Shown here in pieces: positions 27,283 to 36,872 of a stretch of 64,000 nt of DNA (the stretch's first letter is position 1; each line of letters begins with the position of its first letter). Source of the DNA: Cyanobacteria bacterium auto_48_18 (lineage in GTDB: Bacteria; Cyanobacteriota; Vampirovibrionia; Obscuribacterales; Obscuribacteraceae); the NCBI GenBank assembly GCA_036170915.1, contig JAVHQC010000036.1, forward strand, positions 128,001 through 192,000, written 5' to 3'. The position numbers were made by a program, and so were the translations under genes. The notes under the pieces were generated by a model, which was not told the DNA's origin, made no database searches, and saw nothing but the letters and a program-made list of their open reading frames with translations.

Positions 27283-27732
27283 TCAGTCTTCCGGATGCAT
27301 CGTCTTATGATCTTGAAAATCTACGAAATCACTTATTCCAATAAACATACCTTTTTTAAAATCAAACTGGGTTTTTCTTCCGACTACCAATACCTGGCGC
27401 CAGATTATGCCGGCGGGTATTTTACGGGCCTCCATTACCTGACCCTGCATCATGTCCGCCGTGAAAACCGTTCCCGCCGGAATGTCTTTAGTCGCGGTGA
27501 AAACCAAACGTATAGCAGTGCATTGATGCAGTTGAGTAGAAATTTTTGGTCTAAACCCTTGCATGCACAGCAATGTGCATAGGCAACTGAACGCGCCAAT
27601 AGCTCCGGACTTTAGATCTTGTTTGCTAACCACGCATGTTTCACCTATGGCAGTTGGAGGCCGAAGTCCGAGAGCTTGGCCTGCTGATTTTTCTTCAGGT
27701 CTCGCATAGCTATTCTCCTCACAATTATCCAA
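27283..27732 (-). CDS. SAF-domain protein (start probably near the GTG at 27633)
   Basis: ATKDIPAGTVFTADM...VVGRKT..DFKKG pattern after a hydrophobic segment. Confidence 0.65.
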   Translation of the reverse strand: MDNCEENSYARPEEKSAGQALGLRPPTAIGETCVVSKQDLKSGAIGAFSCLCTLLCMQGFRPKISTQLHQCTAIRLVFTATKDIPAGTVFTADMMQGQVMEARKIPAGIIWRQVLVVGRKTQFDFKKGMFIGISDFVDFQDHKTMHPED

Positions 27733-28055
27733 TTGTGAGACACCCGTTGTTCTGAAGACAATTTGCGATCGACAGCTTGTTCTTCGAGCATTGAGTGTTT
27801 TATCTTGGTACCACGCTTAATGTCTTTAGTATAAAAAACTGCTGAGACCTGCCGGTGATCAAAAGCATTAAGGTCGCTTTCAGCACTAAACTTCTGTGCT
27901 TCTACGTCATTAGCCCTTCGTTGAGCATCCAGGCTTGTAAAACAAAAAGCGGTAACAGCAGCACCTATCGTTGCAGCGAGCATTTTCCTGCCGGAATTTT
28001 CGAAGAAACTAGTGCCTTGAGTTTTAGACAATTTAGCCTTCAGCCTTTGCTGCAA
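27645..28055 (-). CDS. SAF-domain protein
   Basis: TM segment then YTKDIKRGTKIKHSML...R.AMRDLKKN....SDFG pattern. Confidence 0.65.
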   Translation of the reverse strand: MQQRLKAKLSKTQGTSFFENSGRKMLAATIGAAVTAFCFTSLDAQRRANDVEAQKFSAESDLNAFDHRQVSAVFYTKDIKRGTKIKHSMLEEQAVDRKLSSEQRVSHNWIIVRRIAMRDLKKNQQAKLSDFGLQLP

Positions 28056-28476
28056 AAAACTTCTTCCGCACTAGAAAAGCAATAACTAAACCAAGCACGG
28101 CACCACAAGTATCAACACCAGCGTCATAAATACTAGAACTTCTGCCCACAACAAATGACTGGTGCCATTCGTCAGAAAGGGCGTAAAGAACGGCAAAACC
28201 CAGGGCAAGCAAATTTGTTCTCCAACTCAGTTTCAAGACCTGATCTTGAATTGCATCAGCCGCCAGTGCCCGTTGTACCAGTATCGCCAGTAGTGCAAAT
28301 TCAAGCATGTGAGCAAGTTTGCGCACCGGTACATTGGCGTCTTGCAGATAGGTCTCAGTCACCGCACCCGAATTTGCCTGATGCGAAAAAGCAAAAATCA
28401 CAATCATCCAGGCCATGGCAAGAACCCAGTATGTAGCTTTACTTCCGCCTTGAGACGCTGTGGTTATCTTTAACAT
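28033..28476 (-). CDS. VanZ-family membrane protein
   Basis: WMIVIFAFS, RKLAHMLEF, YALSDEWHQSFV.GR...D...D; start placed at MLKITT. Confidence 0.9.
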   Translation of the reverse strand: MLKITTASQGGSKATYWVLAMAWMIVIFAFSHQANSGAVTETYLQDANVPVRKLAHMLEFALLAILVQRALAADAIQDQVLKLSWRTNLLALGFAVLYALSDEWHQSFVVGRSSSIYDAGVDTCGAVLGLVIAFLVRKKFFAAKAEG

Positions 28477-29029
28477 GAAATCTCCACAACCGGTCAGCCG
28501 CTTTAGTGATACCAATACGAGTAGAAATTTCCACTTCTCTATCTTTGATGGTACGACCAGATTTGATATAAAGCTCCTGCTTGGCATCAAAAAGAGGAAT
28601 GCCGTTAAACTCGCGGTCAATGCCAAGATAGCGGCAAAGTTTTCCCGGACCATTGGTTTTACTTTCACGAACGCTGGGAGCGCTGTCATCAATTGCCCGA
28701 ATAAGCACTGCTCCGGCAATTCCATCAGACTCGGTCACCACATTTAAGCAGTGATACATGCCGTAGATGAAATATACATAGGCAAAGCCCGGCGGGCCAA
28801 ACATCACTTCGCAACGTTGTTTTCTACCGCCGAATGCATGACAAGCTGGGTCGTCAGCTGTATATGCTTCCACCTCGACAATGGCTCCTGAAAATACTCG
28901 ACCATCAGCGAAGCGGCGCACCAGTGTCTGTCCGAGCAGAGCTCTGGCCACTTCCACCGTTGGTCTATCGTAAAAAGAGCTTGGCAAGCACTCTTGCCTT
29001 GATTTATCTGGTCTATATGCAATCGACAT
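28439..29029 (-). CDS. mpg: DNA-3-methyladenine glycosylase (MPG/AAG family)
   Basis: IVEVEAY, DPACH, YVYFIYGMY.CLN, AVLIRA, NGPGKL, RIGI; start placed at MSIAY. Confidence 0.95.
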   Translation of the reverse strand: MSIAYRPDKSRQECLPSSFYDRPTVEVARALLGQTLVRRFADGRVFSGAIVEVEAYTADDPACHAFGGRKQRCEVMFGPPGFAYVYFIYGMYHCLNVVTESDGIAGAVLIRAIDDSAPSVRESKTNGPGKLCRYLGIDREFNGIPLFDAKQELYIKSGRTIKDREVEISTRIGITKAADRLWRFHVKDNHSVSRRK

Positions 29030-29130
29030 CCAATAATAATAACCTGCCACAAAGCTGCACAAAGACTCAAATCTAATGCCCAAACGACGTAAATACAGGA
29101 CAATTGATTATCATCAAAAAGGGTTCGAAT

Positions 29131-31038
29131 ATGTGCGGCATTGTCGGATATCTCAATTTAAGCGGTGAGCCCCTCACCGAACGCGAAAACCATCTGGGGG
29201 CCATGTGTCATAGCATTGCCCACCGAGGCCCTGATGAAGAAGGCATGAAACTGGTTGGCGCCGCTGCCATTGGCATGACGCGCCTGGCCATTATTGATGT
29301 GTCCGGCGGTCAGCAACCAATCACCAACGAAGACGGCACCATCTGGATTGTTTTCAATGGCGAAATCTACAACTATCAAGAGCTGCAAGAGCGCGTGCGC
29401 TCACTTGGCCACACGCTTGTAACCAAGTCAGATACTGAATGCATCGTTCACCTTTACGAAGAATATGGCACCGGTTGCCTTGATTATCTCGAAGGCATGT
29501 TTTCTTTTGCCATTTACGACACGCGCAAAGAAAGGCTATTCATCGCCCGGGACAGACTGGGTGAGAAGCCGCTGCACTATGGTGTCTTCGGCGGCACGTT
29601 TATTTTCGGCTCTGAAATTAAGGGTATCCTCGCTCATCCAAAAGCCACACGTGAACTGGATAGCCTGGCGATGCAAAAATATTTGAGCCTTGAGTATGTA
29701 CCCAGTCCACATTCAATTTTTAAAGGCATAAGCAAATTACCTCCTGCCCATTTCCTTCTCGTAGAACGTGGCCAGGTCCAGGTTGAGCGTTACTGGTTGC
29801 CTGATATCAAAACTGAAAAAATTTCAGAAGAAGAGGCACAAGAAGAACTGGTGCGTTTACTCAAACGCTCTATCGAACTGCGCCTAATTTCTGAAGTGCC
29901 GCTTGGAGTCTTCCTCTCCGGAGGCATTGATTCATCTTGTATCGCTGCGCTGGCCAGTCAATTTTCTAGTAAACCAGTGAAGACATTCTCGATAGGCTTC
30001 AACGACAAATCATTCGATGAGTCGTCTCACGCACTGGCAGTGGCTAAACACATCGGTGCTGATCACGAAGTCGCCACTTTTTCGCCTGAGCTAGGCTTTG
30101 AAACTCTTTCACAGCTGTGGGAGATTCTCGACGAGCCTTTGGCTGATGCCTCCATTGTGCCTACCTATTCGCTGTCAAAAATGACTCGCAAACATGTCAC
30201 CGTAGCTCTGGCCGGAGAAGGGGGCGATGAGCTTTTTGGCGGTTATCCTACTTATCAGGCACACAAGTTCGCCCCCATGTGGGGTCTGATGCCCGCCGCC
30301 CTGCGTCACGGCTTACTTGAGCCTGCCTTCAACAGCTTGCCCGTTAATATGAATAACATCAGCTTTGACTTCAAAGTGAAGCGCTTTATTGGCGCTGCTG
30401 CTGAGCCAGCCGTGCGCCGCCATCTGAGATGGATGGGTGCTATTCGCATGGCTGACCAACCGCAACTATTAATGCCTGAGCACCAGATTCTCACCGAAAC
30501 CATGGAAGAGCGCATTCTTGGCGACTTGCCCCTGGTGCATCTAAACGGTCACAGCCCACGGGGAAGCGTGCACGATGTAATCAACAACATCATGCGCCTT
30601 GACATGACTACCTACTTACCTGATGACTTGCTGGTTAAATCTGATCGGGCTTCTATGGCAGCTTCTCTAGAGGTGCGCCTGCCGTTTCTGGCCTACCCTC
30701 TGGTGGAATTTGCCCTGAAACTGCCGCCAGAGCTTAAAGTTCACGGTCTGACGACAAAATATTTATTGAAGAAGGCCGTGGCGCCCTACCTACCTGAGTA
30801 CATTTTGAAGCGGCCAAAGAAAGGTTTTGGCATACCAGTGGGCAAATGGCTGCGGAATGAGTTCCGCCCCGTGGTAGATGAATTATTAGGGGAATCATTT
30901 ATTCGCCGGCAGGGAATCTTCCAGTGGCCATATATCAATCGCCTGGTTGAAGAACACATGAGCCAAAAAGCCGATCGACGCAAAGAATTGTGGACCCTGT
31001 TGATGTTCCAGTGGTGGTGGAAGAAATTCTTCGTTTAA
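29131..31038 (+). CDS. asnB: Asparagine synthase (glutamine-hydrolysing)-family amidotransferase
   Basis: N-terminal MCGI (Ntn Cys), HRGPD, NGEIYN, LSGGIDSS, GEGGDELFGGY. Confidence 0.93.
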   Translation: MCGIVGYLNLSGEPLTERENHLGAMCHSIAHRGPDEEGMKLVGAAAIGMTRLAIIDVSGGQQPITNEDGTIWIVFNGEIYNYQELQERVRSLGHTLVTKSDTECIVHLYEEYGTGCLDYLEGMFSFAIYDTRKERLFIARDRLGEKPLHYGVFGGTFIFGSEIKGILAHPKATRELDSLAMQKYLSLEYVPSPHSIFKGISKLPPAHFLLVERGQVQVERYWLPDIKTEKISEEEAQEELVRLLKRSIELRLISEVPLGVFLSGGIDSSCIAALASQFSSKPVKTFSIGFNDKSFDESSHALAVAKHIGADHEVATFSPELGFETLSQLWEILDEPLADASIVPTYSLSKMTRKHVTVALAGEGGDELFGGYPTYQAHKFAPMWGLMPAALRHGLLEPAFNSLPVNMNNISFDFKVKRFIGAAAEPAVRRHLRWMGAIRMADQPQLLMPEHQILTETMEERILGDLPLVHLNGHSPRGSVHDVINNIMRLDMTTYLPDDLLVKSDRASMAASLEVRLPFLAYPLVEFALKLPPELKVHGLTTKYLLKKAVAPYLPEYILKRPKKGFGIPVGKWLRNEFRPVVDELLGESFIRRQGIFQWPYINRLVEEHMSQKADRRKELWTLLMFQWWWKKFFV

Positions 31039-31065
31039 ATACAAGCGCCTGAGATAAGTGTTTTA

Positions 31066-33876
31066 GTGGAAACCGAAAGCAGACTAGCCGAACAAGCACC
31101 CAAGGAAGAATTCCTGGATGCTGTGCAGCGCCATATCTGCCAGGTATTGGGTTTTGACTTTGGTTTTATTGACCTGGTCAGTGGCCATGAGATTCACAAC
31201 GTCATCACATTTTCGGGCGACGACAGTGACGAAGAGGCGCGCAAATCAGTTCGCAATCTCAATGACGAAAACAAGCAACCGCTGGCGGTGGCAAACTCTC
31301 TTGTGGCTCAAAAAGTCAAATCGACTTTGCGTCCATGGCTCGGCCGAGCCTTCTCTACCACCGACGGAGAAACTCAAGAATTCCCCTATGCCATAGTGCC
31401 TGTGATGGCCGATGCGTCTCAAAAGGCTGGTGAAGTGCGTGGTTTGATTCGCGTCATATCCTTTGACTCTTCAAGAGAAGTTTCTACTCAAGATTTACAA
31501 ACTCTTCGTCTAATGGGAGAACACCTCGCCAACCGTACACAGTTGTTTTTCCAGGCAGGCAATGATGATAGAGAAAAGATTTCGCATCCCACTGCCAGCA
31601 AAGCCGAACAGTTAGACGTAGACCACGTGCTCATTTTGCACTCAAACCGTGTTGTTAGACGTCGTTTCTCGCGCACACTGGGTGAAAAATACAGAGTGCT
31701 CGAATCTGACTCAGAAGAAAAATCGCTGCAGATTTTGTCTGAAAGCAGAGTCGATTTGATTATTGTGGACAGCAATATTTCGGGCTCCACCGGATTTGGT
31801 TTCTGCAAAGTCATTAAAGAATCTACCGAGTTCAAACATATTCCAGTCATTATCGTCACTCCCGACACTAATCCCTCTGCCCGAGTAGAAGGCCTGGTTG
31901 TTGGGGCCGACGACTGCTTGACCGATTCTTGTTTTGATTCAGAATTGATGGCCAGAGTGCAGTCTTCACTGCGGCACCGCAAAATTGAAAAAGAGCTGGC
32001 GGTGCAATTACAGTTGCTCGAAGATTATGCTCAGCGCTTAGAAAAAGCCCACGAGCAACTATCGCAAGATAGGCAATCGCAATTGCAGCGCAACACTTTG
32101 CTTGAGCAGCTGCGGCGAGAATCTGACATTCTGCGCAATCAAGAATCGCTTCTGCACCGCATCAGCAACACCATCAGGCGTTCATTTACCATCAAAGAAA
32201 ATCTGGGTGAAATGCTTGAAGAGCTTTCGGGCTATTTCGGCTTAGATTGTTGTTTTATTGTTTTGCCATCAGAAGAAGAACCTGAAGATTCACTTCGGGT
32301 TGAATATGTTACTGATGATATTTACCGAGTGTTGGAATATGGACGTGATCTCAAAACCCTTGATTTATACAGCCAACTGTTTCAATCAGACCAGGCCATT
32401 ATCGCCAATGATGTAGCCAACGACCGCAGGCTCGACCCTTTCCGCGAAGAGGTCTTGTCCGGATACAACATCTTGTCGCTGTTCTATATTCCCATTCACT
32501 ACAGCGAAAAACTTCTGGGTCTCTTGGTCGGTTATAAAGGCGAAATTCCAGCTAACTGGAATCGCGTCAACGAAGCCTTTATGAAATCGGTGGCAGACCA
32601 GGTGGCATCAGGCGTAACCAACGCTCGCCTCTACGCTCGGGTACAGAGGCAAGCCACCACAGATGGTTTGACTACTTTATACAATCACCGCACAGGCCAG
32701 GAAAAACTAACAGAGCAAATGCGTATGGCAGAGCGCTATCAACGCCATTTGGCAGTGCTTATGGTCGACGTGGACCACTTCAAGTCAATCAACGACAATT
32801 ATGGTCACCCTGTTGGCGACACAGTTTTAAAGGCCGTGGCCCGACTGATCAAAAATAATTGCCGCGACGTTGATATTCCCATTCGTTATGGTGGGGAAGA
32901 ATTTATGATTGTCTTGCCTGAGGTCAATCAAGAAGGGGCACATGTGGTGGCTGAACGTATTCGGCGCTCGCTGGCTTCAGAAGTAATTTTGCACGAAGGC
33001 ATTAACCTTTCGGTTACCGCCAGTCTTGGTATCGCTACATTTCCTGAAGACGCTTCTGATCAACATCACTTGTTAGAGCTGGCAGATAAAGCGCTCTACT
33101 TGTCTAAACGACTGGGTCGCAACCAGGTGCATACCGCAGCTGACTTGATGTTTGAGACGCCGCGCGAAACCAAAGAGGCAGCTGAGCCCACCGAGGGCGC
33201 CATGGCGCAAATAACAATAGATACAAGCAATAAACTGGCTCTCGAAGATTTTGTCGCCCCCACAGTTTCACTGGAGGCACAAAATAAAGAAGAGCTGGTG
33301 CCTGAAGTGGTTGAGATGGTTAAAGCTCTGGCGCAAAATCTCTATGCGCGCTCTGACTACAACAAAACGCATCACTTAGAAGTAGCTCGAATGTCTGAAA
33401 TGCTCGGTAAAGTAATGGGCCTATCAGCCACTCAAATTGAGCAGATCAGAGTGGCCGGGCTGTTGCACGATGTAGGCACACTCAAACTTCCTTCTGATTT
33501 ACTGACTAAGGGTGGTGTGCTCAGTGATGCCGAACGTGAAATGGTTAATCAGCATCCGGTTTTGGGTGCACAGTTGCTGAGGCCCATCAGAGCCTTGAAA
33601 GACATCTGCGAAATTCTTGAAAATCACCATGAGCGCTGGGACGGCACCGGGTTTCCTCGAGGGCTCAAAGGTGAGGATATTCCTCTGCCCGCGCGCATCG
33701 TCGCCATCGTAGACAGTTTCCACGCTATGATTTCCGATCGTCCGTATCGCCCGGCCATGGGTCAAGAGCAAGCTATTCTGGCCCTGAGACAGGGCGCAGG
33801 CACGCAGTTTGATCCCTTCCTGGTGGATATCTTTATAGCCGTACTTTCCAACTTAAAGCAGCAACCTCATGCCTAA
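31066..33876 (+). CDS. Multidomain diguanylate cyclase: GAF-like, receiver-like, coiled coil, GAF, GGDEF, HD-GYP
   Basis: TDGLT, DVDHFK, RDVD I-site, RYGGEEF; HDVG, HHERWDGTGFP, DRPYR. Confidence 0.92.
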   Translation: METESRLAEQAPKEEFLDAVQRHICQVLGFDFGFIDLVSGHEIHNVITFSGDDSDEEARKSVRNLNDENKQPLAVANSLVAQKVKSTLRPWLGRAFSTTDGETQEFPYAIVPVMADASQKAGEVRGLIRVISFDSSREVSTQDLQTLRLMGEHLANRTQLFFQAGNDDREKISHPTASKAEQLDVDHVLILHSNRVVRRRFSRTLGEKYRVLESDSEEKSLQILSESRVDLIIVDSNISGSTGFGFCKVIKESTEFKHIPVIIVTPDTNPSARVEGLVVGADDCLTDSCFDSELMARVQSSLRHRKIEKELAVQLQLLEDYAQRLEKAHEQLSQDRQSQLQRNTLLEQLRRESDILRNQESLLHRISNTIRRSFTIKENLGEMLEELSGYFGLDCCFIVLPSEEEPEDSLRVEYVTDDIYRVLEYGRDLKTLDLYSQLFQSDQAIIANDVANDRRLDPFREEVLSGYNILSLFYIPIHYSEKLLGLLVGYKGEIPANWNRVNEAFMKSVADQVASGVTNARLYARVQRQATTDGLTTLYNHRTGQEKLTEQMRMAERYQRHLAVLMVDVDHFKSINDNYGHPVGDTVLKAVARLIKNNCRDVDIPIRYGGEEFMIVLPEVNQEGAHVVAERIRRSLASEVILHEGINLSVTASLGIATFPEDASDQHHLLELADKALYLSKRLGRNQVHTAADLMFETPRETKEAAEPTEGAMAQITIDTSNKLALEDFVAPTVSLEAQNKEELVPEVVEMVKALAQNLYARSDYNKTHHLEVARMSEMLGKVMGLSATQIEQIRVAGLLHDVGTLKLPSDLLTKGGVLSDAEREMVNQHPVLGAQLLRPIRALKDICEILENHHERWDGTGFPRGLKGEDIPLPARIVAIVDSFHAMISDRPYRPAMGQEQAILALRQGAGTQFDPFLVDIFIAVLSNLKQQPHA

Positions 33877-34750
33877 GCTTTATCTTTTTCTAGCTACTAT
33901 TGTGGTTCTTGCCCTGATTGCATATGTGGTCATGGCACCACGTTTTCATCCCGAATTTGTCAACCAAGTGGCTTTCTACCCTGGTCCTGAAGAAGAAGGC
34001 TCTGAAAAATATCTCAAAATCGGCGATATAGTTGGCGAGCGGGTGATGATTCCGGTCAATACCAGATATGGTGACAGACAGATTTCGGCTATCTTTTTTG
34101 CCAAGCCTGGGTCGAATTTAGTCACTTTGTATTCTCACGGCAATGCCGGCTCGATGATCGGCCGCTGGCCGAAAGTAAAGTGTCTGCTTGATGCCAATTC
34201 TTCAGTACTGATGTACGACTATGCCGGTTATGGCAGAAGTCCTGGACATCCTTCCATGGAAGCAGTGGCCGCCGACGGCATAGCAGCTTACGATTATTTG
34301 GATAAAGTAAAACACTATAAGAGCGATCAGATCGTTCTCTATGGCGAATCAATTGGTGGCGGCGTCAGTTCAGAAATTGCCAGAGCGCGCAAAACTTGTG
34401 GGCTTATATTAGATTGTACATTTTTGTCACCTGCAGCCTGGGCAAAAAAACGTATTGGTTTTCTCAATATTTATCCTGACGCGCTGCTCATGAACCCATC
34501 ATTAGACGTAGAGTCGCTTTTTCCTGACTATAGAGGAAGTGTTCTAGTGATTAAACCTGGCCACGATGATGTTATTCCTACCAGTCACTCAGATAGATTA
34601 TTTGCCATTGCTACCGGTTATAAACAAATGCTTCTTTTACCGAACAGCCCCCACGGCTGGGTAGAGGCGGCTGATATGCCCGCGTATGCTGCAGGTGTGA
34701 AAGAGTTTTATCAATTTATAACCGCACTGCCTGCGGTGCAGCAACGTTGA
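33869..34750 (+). CDS. Alpha/beta hydrolase (ABHD13/17-like) with N-terminal anchor
   Basis: HGNAG, DYAGYGRS, GESIGG nucleophile, DDVIP and H; overlaps the upstream gene by 8 nt. Confidence 0.9.
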   Translation: MPKLYLFLATIVVLALIAYVVMAPRFHPEFVNQVAFYPGPEEEGSEKYLKIGDIVGERVMIPVNTRYGDRQISAIFFAKPGSNLVTLYSHGNAGSMIGRWPKVKCLLDANSSVLMYDYAGYGRSPGHPSMEAVAADGIAAYDYLDKVKHYKSDQIVLYGESIGGGVSSEIARARKTCGLILDCTFLSPAAWAKKRIGFLNIYPDALLMNPSLDVESLFPDYRGSVLVIKPGHDDVIPTSHSDRLFAIATGYKQMLLLPNSPHGWVEAADMPAYAAGVKEFYQFITALPAVQQR

Positions 34751-34767
34751 ATTAGCAGTAATACTCA

Positions 34768-35607
34768 TTATTTAAGCATCATCAAATCTATGGCTTCAGG
34801 TGAACTTTTGGTCTCTAGAGTCTCTGACAGGTCTCTAGCAGCTTTTAACCCGGTAGGAATCTGCATAGTTTTAGCATCGATTTTGCAGGGCCGACAGACA
34901 CCAGTAGTAAGGTAGGCAGTGTCTTCACCGCCCACACTTCGGTAACGAACAGAAATTGGTATCAAACCGGTTTTTGGCAAACCATAAATGCGTTCGAGCA
35001 AAACAGATATACGTTTATCATAAGGTAATTTGTCTGCCGCCAGAAGCACTAAATGATGAGGTGAAAGGCTTCCTAACTCACGATTTTTCAGACGCATCAG
35101 TTGCATGGCTTCGAACTCGCTGGTGGTCTCAAATTTGACCAGATCAAGCGCGCCCTGTTTGACCCGCCCTGCCGCTTTCAGCCTGGCATCTTCCAGAGTA
35201 AAAGCAGCAAGGAGGGTCATAGATGTACTGAACGTATTTCGAAATGATTTAATCGGGCAGCGAAATATTTTGCCTGAATCGCGAGCGAAACAAATGGCTT
35301 CATTGTATGGCGGTAGAAAGAGAAATGTTAAATTGGTTTTTTTTGTAGTGAGGCGCAGTCCAAGGTTGCTTATGAGCACATCGCAATCGCCGGCCATCTT
35401 ATTTGTCTGCCGCAGGTTTAGCGCGGAAATGCCCGTTTGCGTTTTTGGAGCGGCCGTAGCCGCAAGCGGGCACACGTACGCGATAAGCAAAGACAAAAAA
35501 GCGATTGGGACAGCTCCCGGGCATGATTGGCGTTCGCCACGTAAAATCGGAATATACATGAAATAAGTTCGTTGCACGTCAAGGCCTACATTAAGATCTA
35601 TTGACAA
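34768..35607 (-). CDS. Hypothetical secreted protein
   Basis: 279-aa ORF with signal-like segment IAFLSLLIAYVCPLAATA; start uncertain. Confidence 0.65.
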   Translation of the reverse strand: MSIDLNVGLDVQRTYFMYIPILRGERQSCPGAVPIAFLSLLIAYVCPLAATAAPKTQTGISALNLRQTNKMAGDCDVLISNLGLRLTTKKTNLTFLFLPPYNEAICFARDSGKIFRCPIKSFRNTFSTSMTLLAAFTLEDARLKAAGRVKQGALDLVKFETTSEFEAMQLMRLKNRELGSLSPHHLVLLAADKLPYDKRISVLLERIYGLPKTGLIPISVRYRSVGGEDTAYLTTGVCRPCKIDAKTMQIPTGLKAARDLSETLETKSSPEAIDLMMLK

Positions 35608-35708
35608 GGGCCAAGAGCAGGCGTACTATTGGTTCACCCAGGATAATTTTCTAATCCGGCCAGAGCCGACGGCTCTTCAGTACTCACTTACCAATGCGAG
35701 CATAGAAT

Positions 35709-36554
35709 ATGAGATTTCGCGGTGAATTTGCCCTTTTAGCTACGCTATTTATGATGGCCCCTCCGGCCATGGCGCAGAGCTTTATCGATTCTATTATTCC
35801 CGGCCAGGTAGTGTCGCAAGCTGTATATAACATGCTGCCGCCTAATATCAGGGCCATGGTTAGAGTAGCTGGCGCCGGTGGTGGCGGGAATGGCTTGAAT
35901 GCCAGGGGCTTACCACCCACAACTCTCGACAGTTTTGTGCACCAGGCCGGCAGTCGCGCTGAGGACATTTACGGTGACGAGGGCGTAAACGGCCCACCAC
36001 CAATAGATAGCTTCTTGCCCAACAACCGCATTGACTACGGTATTTTCGGCAGCAGAGACGCTGGTATAACCACAGGTCACGGAAGCCGTATGCCCGCAGC
36101 ATGGGGCGGAGACGAGTATTGCCACGGCACCGAATGGGTCAACACTGGAGCCCGAGCAGGCAATCGTGCGCCGATTTATGTGCCGCAGACAGCCCTTGAT
36201 ATCAATGGCGTACTCAATTCATCAACCACCAGTCTCGGCATTGGCTCAGAGAGGCCCAATGTCATGGCACCGGTCACTTTAGCTAACAACACGATTAATT
36301 ACGACAGAAATGCGCCAGACTTTATTCGCAATTTGGGTCAATGGGCCACAGAGGTAGTGCCTTATCCGGTCACTCCCGACATGAGGCCTGTGCAAAATTC
36401 AGAAACACGCCAATTAATGGGCTGGATGGCTCCAGGTGAAAGCGTAGCTGACTTCCTCAGCGGCAGAACCGGGCGCCTGATTCCGACACAGGCAGCAGCA
36501 GCTCAGGTGATGTTGAGTAGATTGAACCCGTCGCAAGGTACTTTCGGTTTCTAA
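35709..36554 (+). CDS. Hypothetical secreted protein
   Basis: Signal peptide ending PAMA; G/P-rich; followed by a terminator. Confidence 0.75.
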   Translation: MRFRGEFALLATLFMMAPPAMAQSFIDSIIPGQVVSQAVYNMLPPNIRAMVRVAGAGGGGNGLNARGLPPTTLDSFVHQAGSRAEDIYGDEGVNGPPPIDSFLPNNRIDYGIFGSRDAGITTGHGSRMPAAWGGDEYCHGTEWVNTGARAGNRAPIYVPQTALDINGVLNSSTTSLGIGSERPNVMAPVTLANNTINYDRNAPDFIRNLGQWATEVVPYPVTPDMRPVQNSETRQLMGWMAPGESVADFLSGRTGRLIPTQAAAAQVMLSRLNPSQGTFGF

Positions 36555-36589
36555 GTTAATTTGATTCATTATTTCTTTATCTAATTTAG

Positions 36590-36624
36590 AAATGTGCCAT
36601 CACTATTGGTGGCACATTTTTTAT
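36590..36624 (+). terminator. Intrinsic terminator
   Basis: AAATGTGCCATCA-CTAT-TGGTGGCACATTT followed by TTTATT. Confidence 0.75.
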
Positions 36625-36872
36625 TGCTGAACAGTGTTTTTAATCGCCCTCGCTCCAACGCTCAAGCCCTGTCACGAAGTCAACAATCCACGTAAATGGC
36701 ATGTTCGAGCTATTAACAACTATGTCGATATGGTAAATATTCTGGCAATCATGCTAGCACTATGCGAAAATTACTGAACGTCTTCAATCGCACAAAAAGC
36801 GCGGCAGTAAAATGCATGCAATTTGGAGTTCTCCAGTGCGGCGGCGGGCCCTTCTCAGGATGAAGTCAATCA

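Noticed and set aside
28477..28725. N-terminal extension of the VanZ ORF in the track
   Set aside because: Overlaps mpg in another frame; the VanZ-like sequence begins at MLKITT (28476).
29131..31038. Lasso-peptide cyclase interpretation of the asnB-like gene
   Set aside because: It has an intact Ntn glutaminase (MCGI), and there is no adjacent B protein, RRE or precursor peptide.
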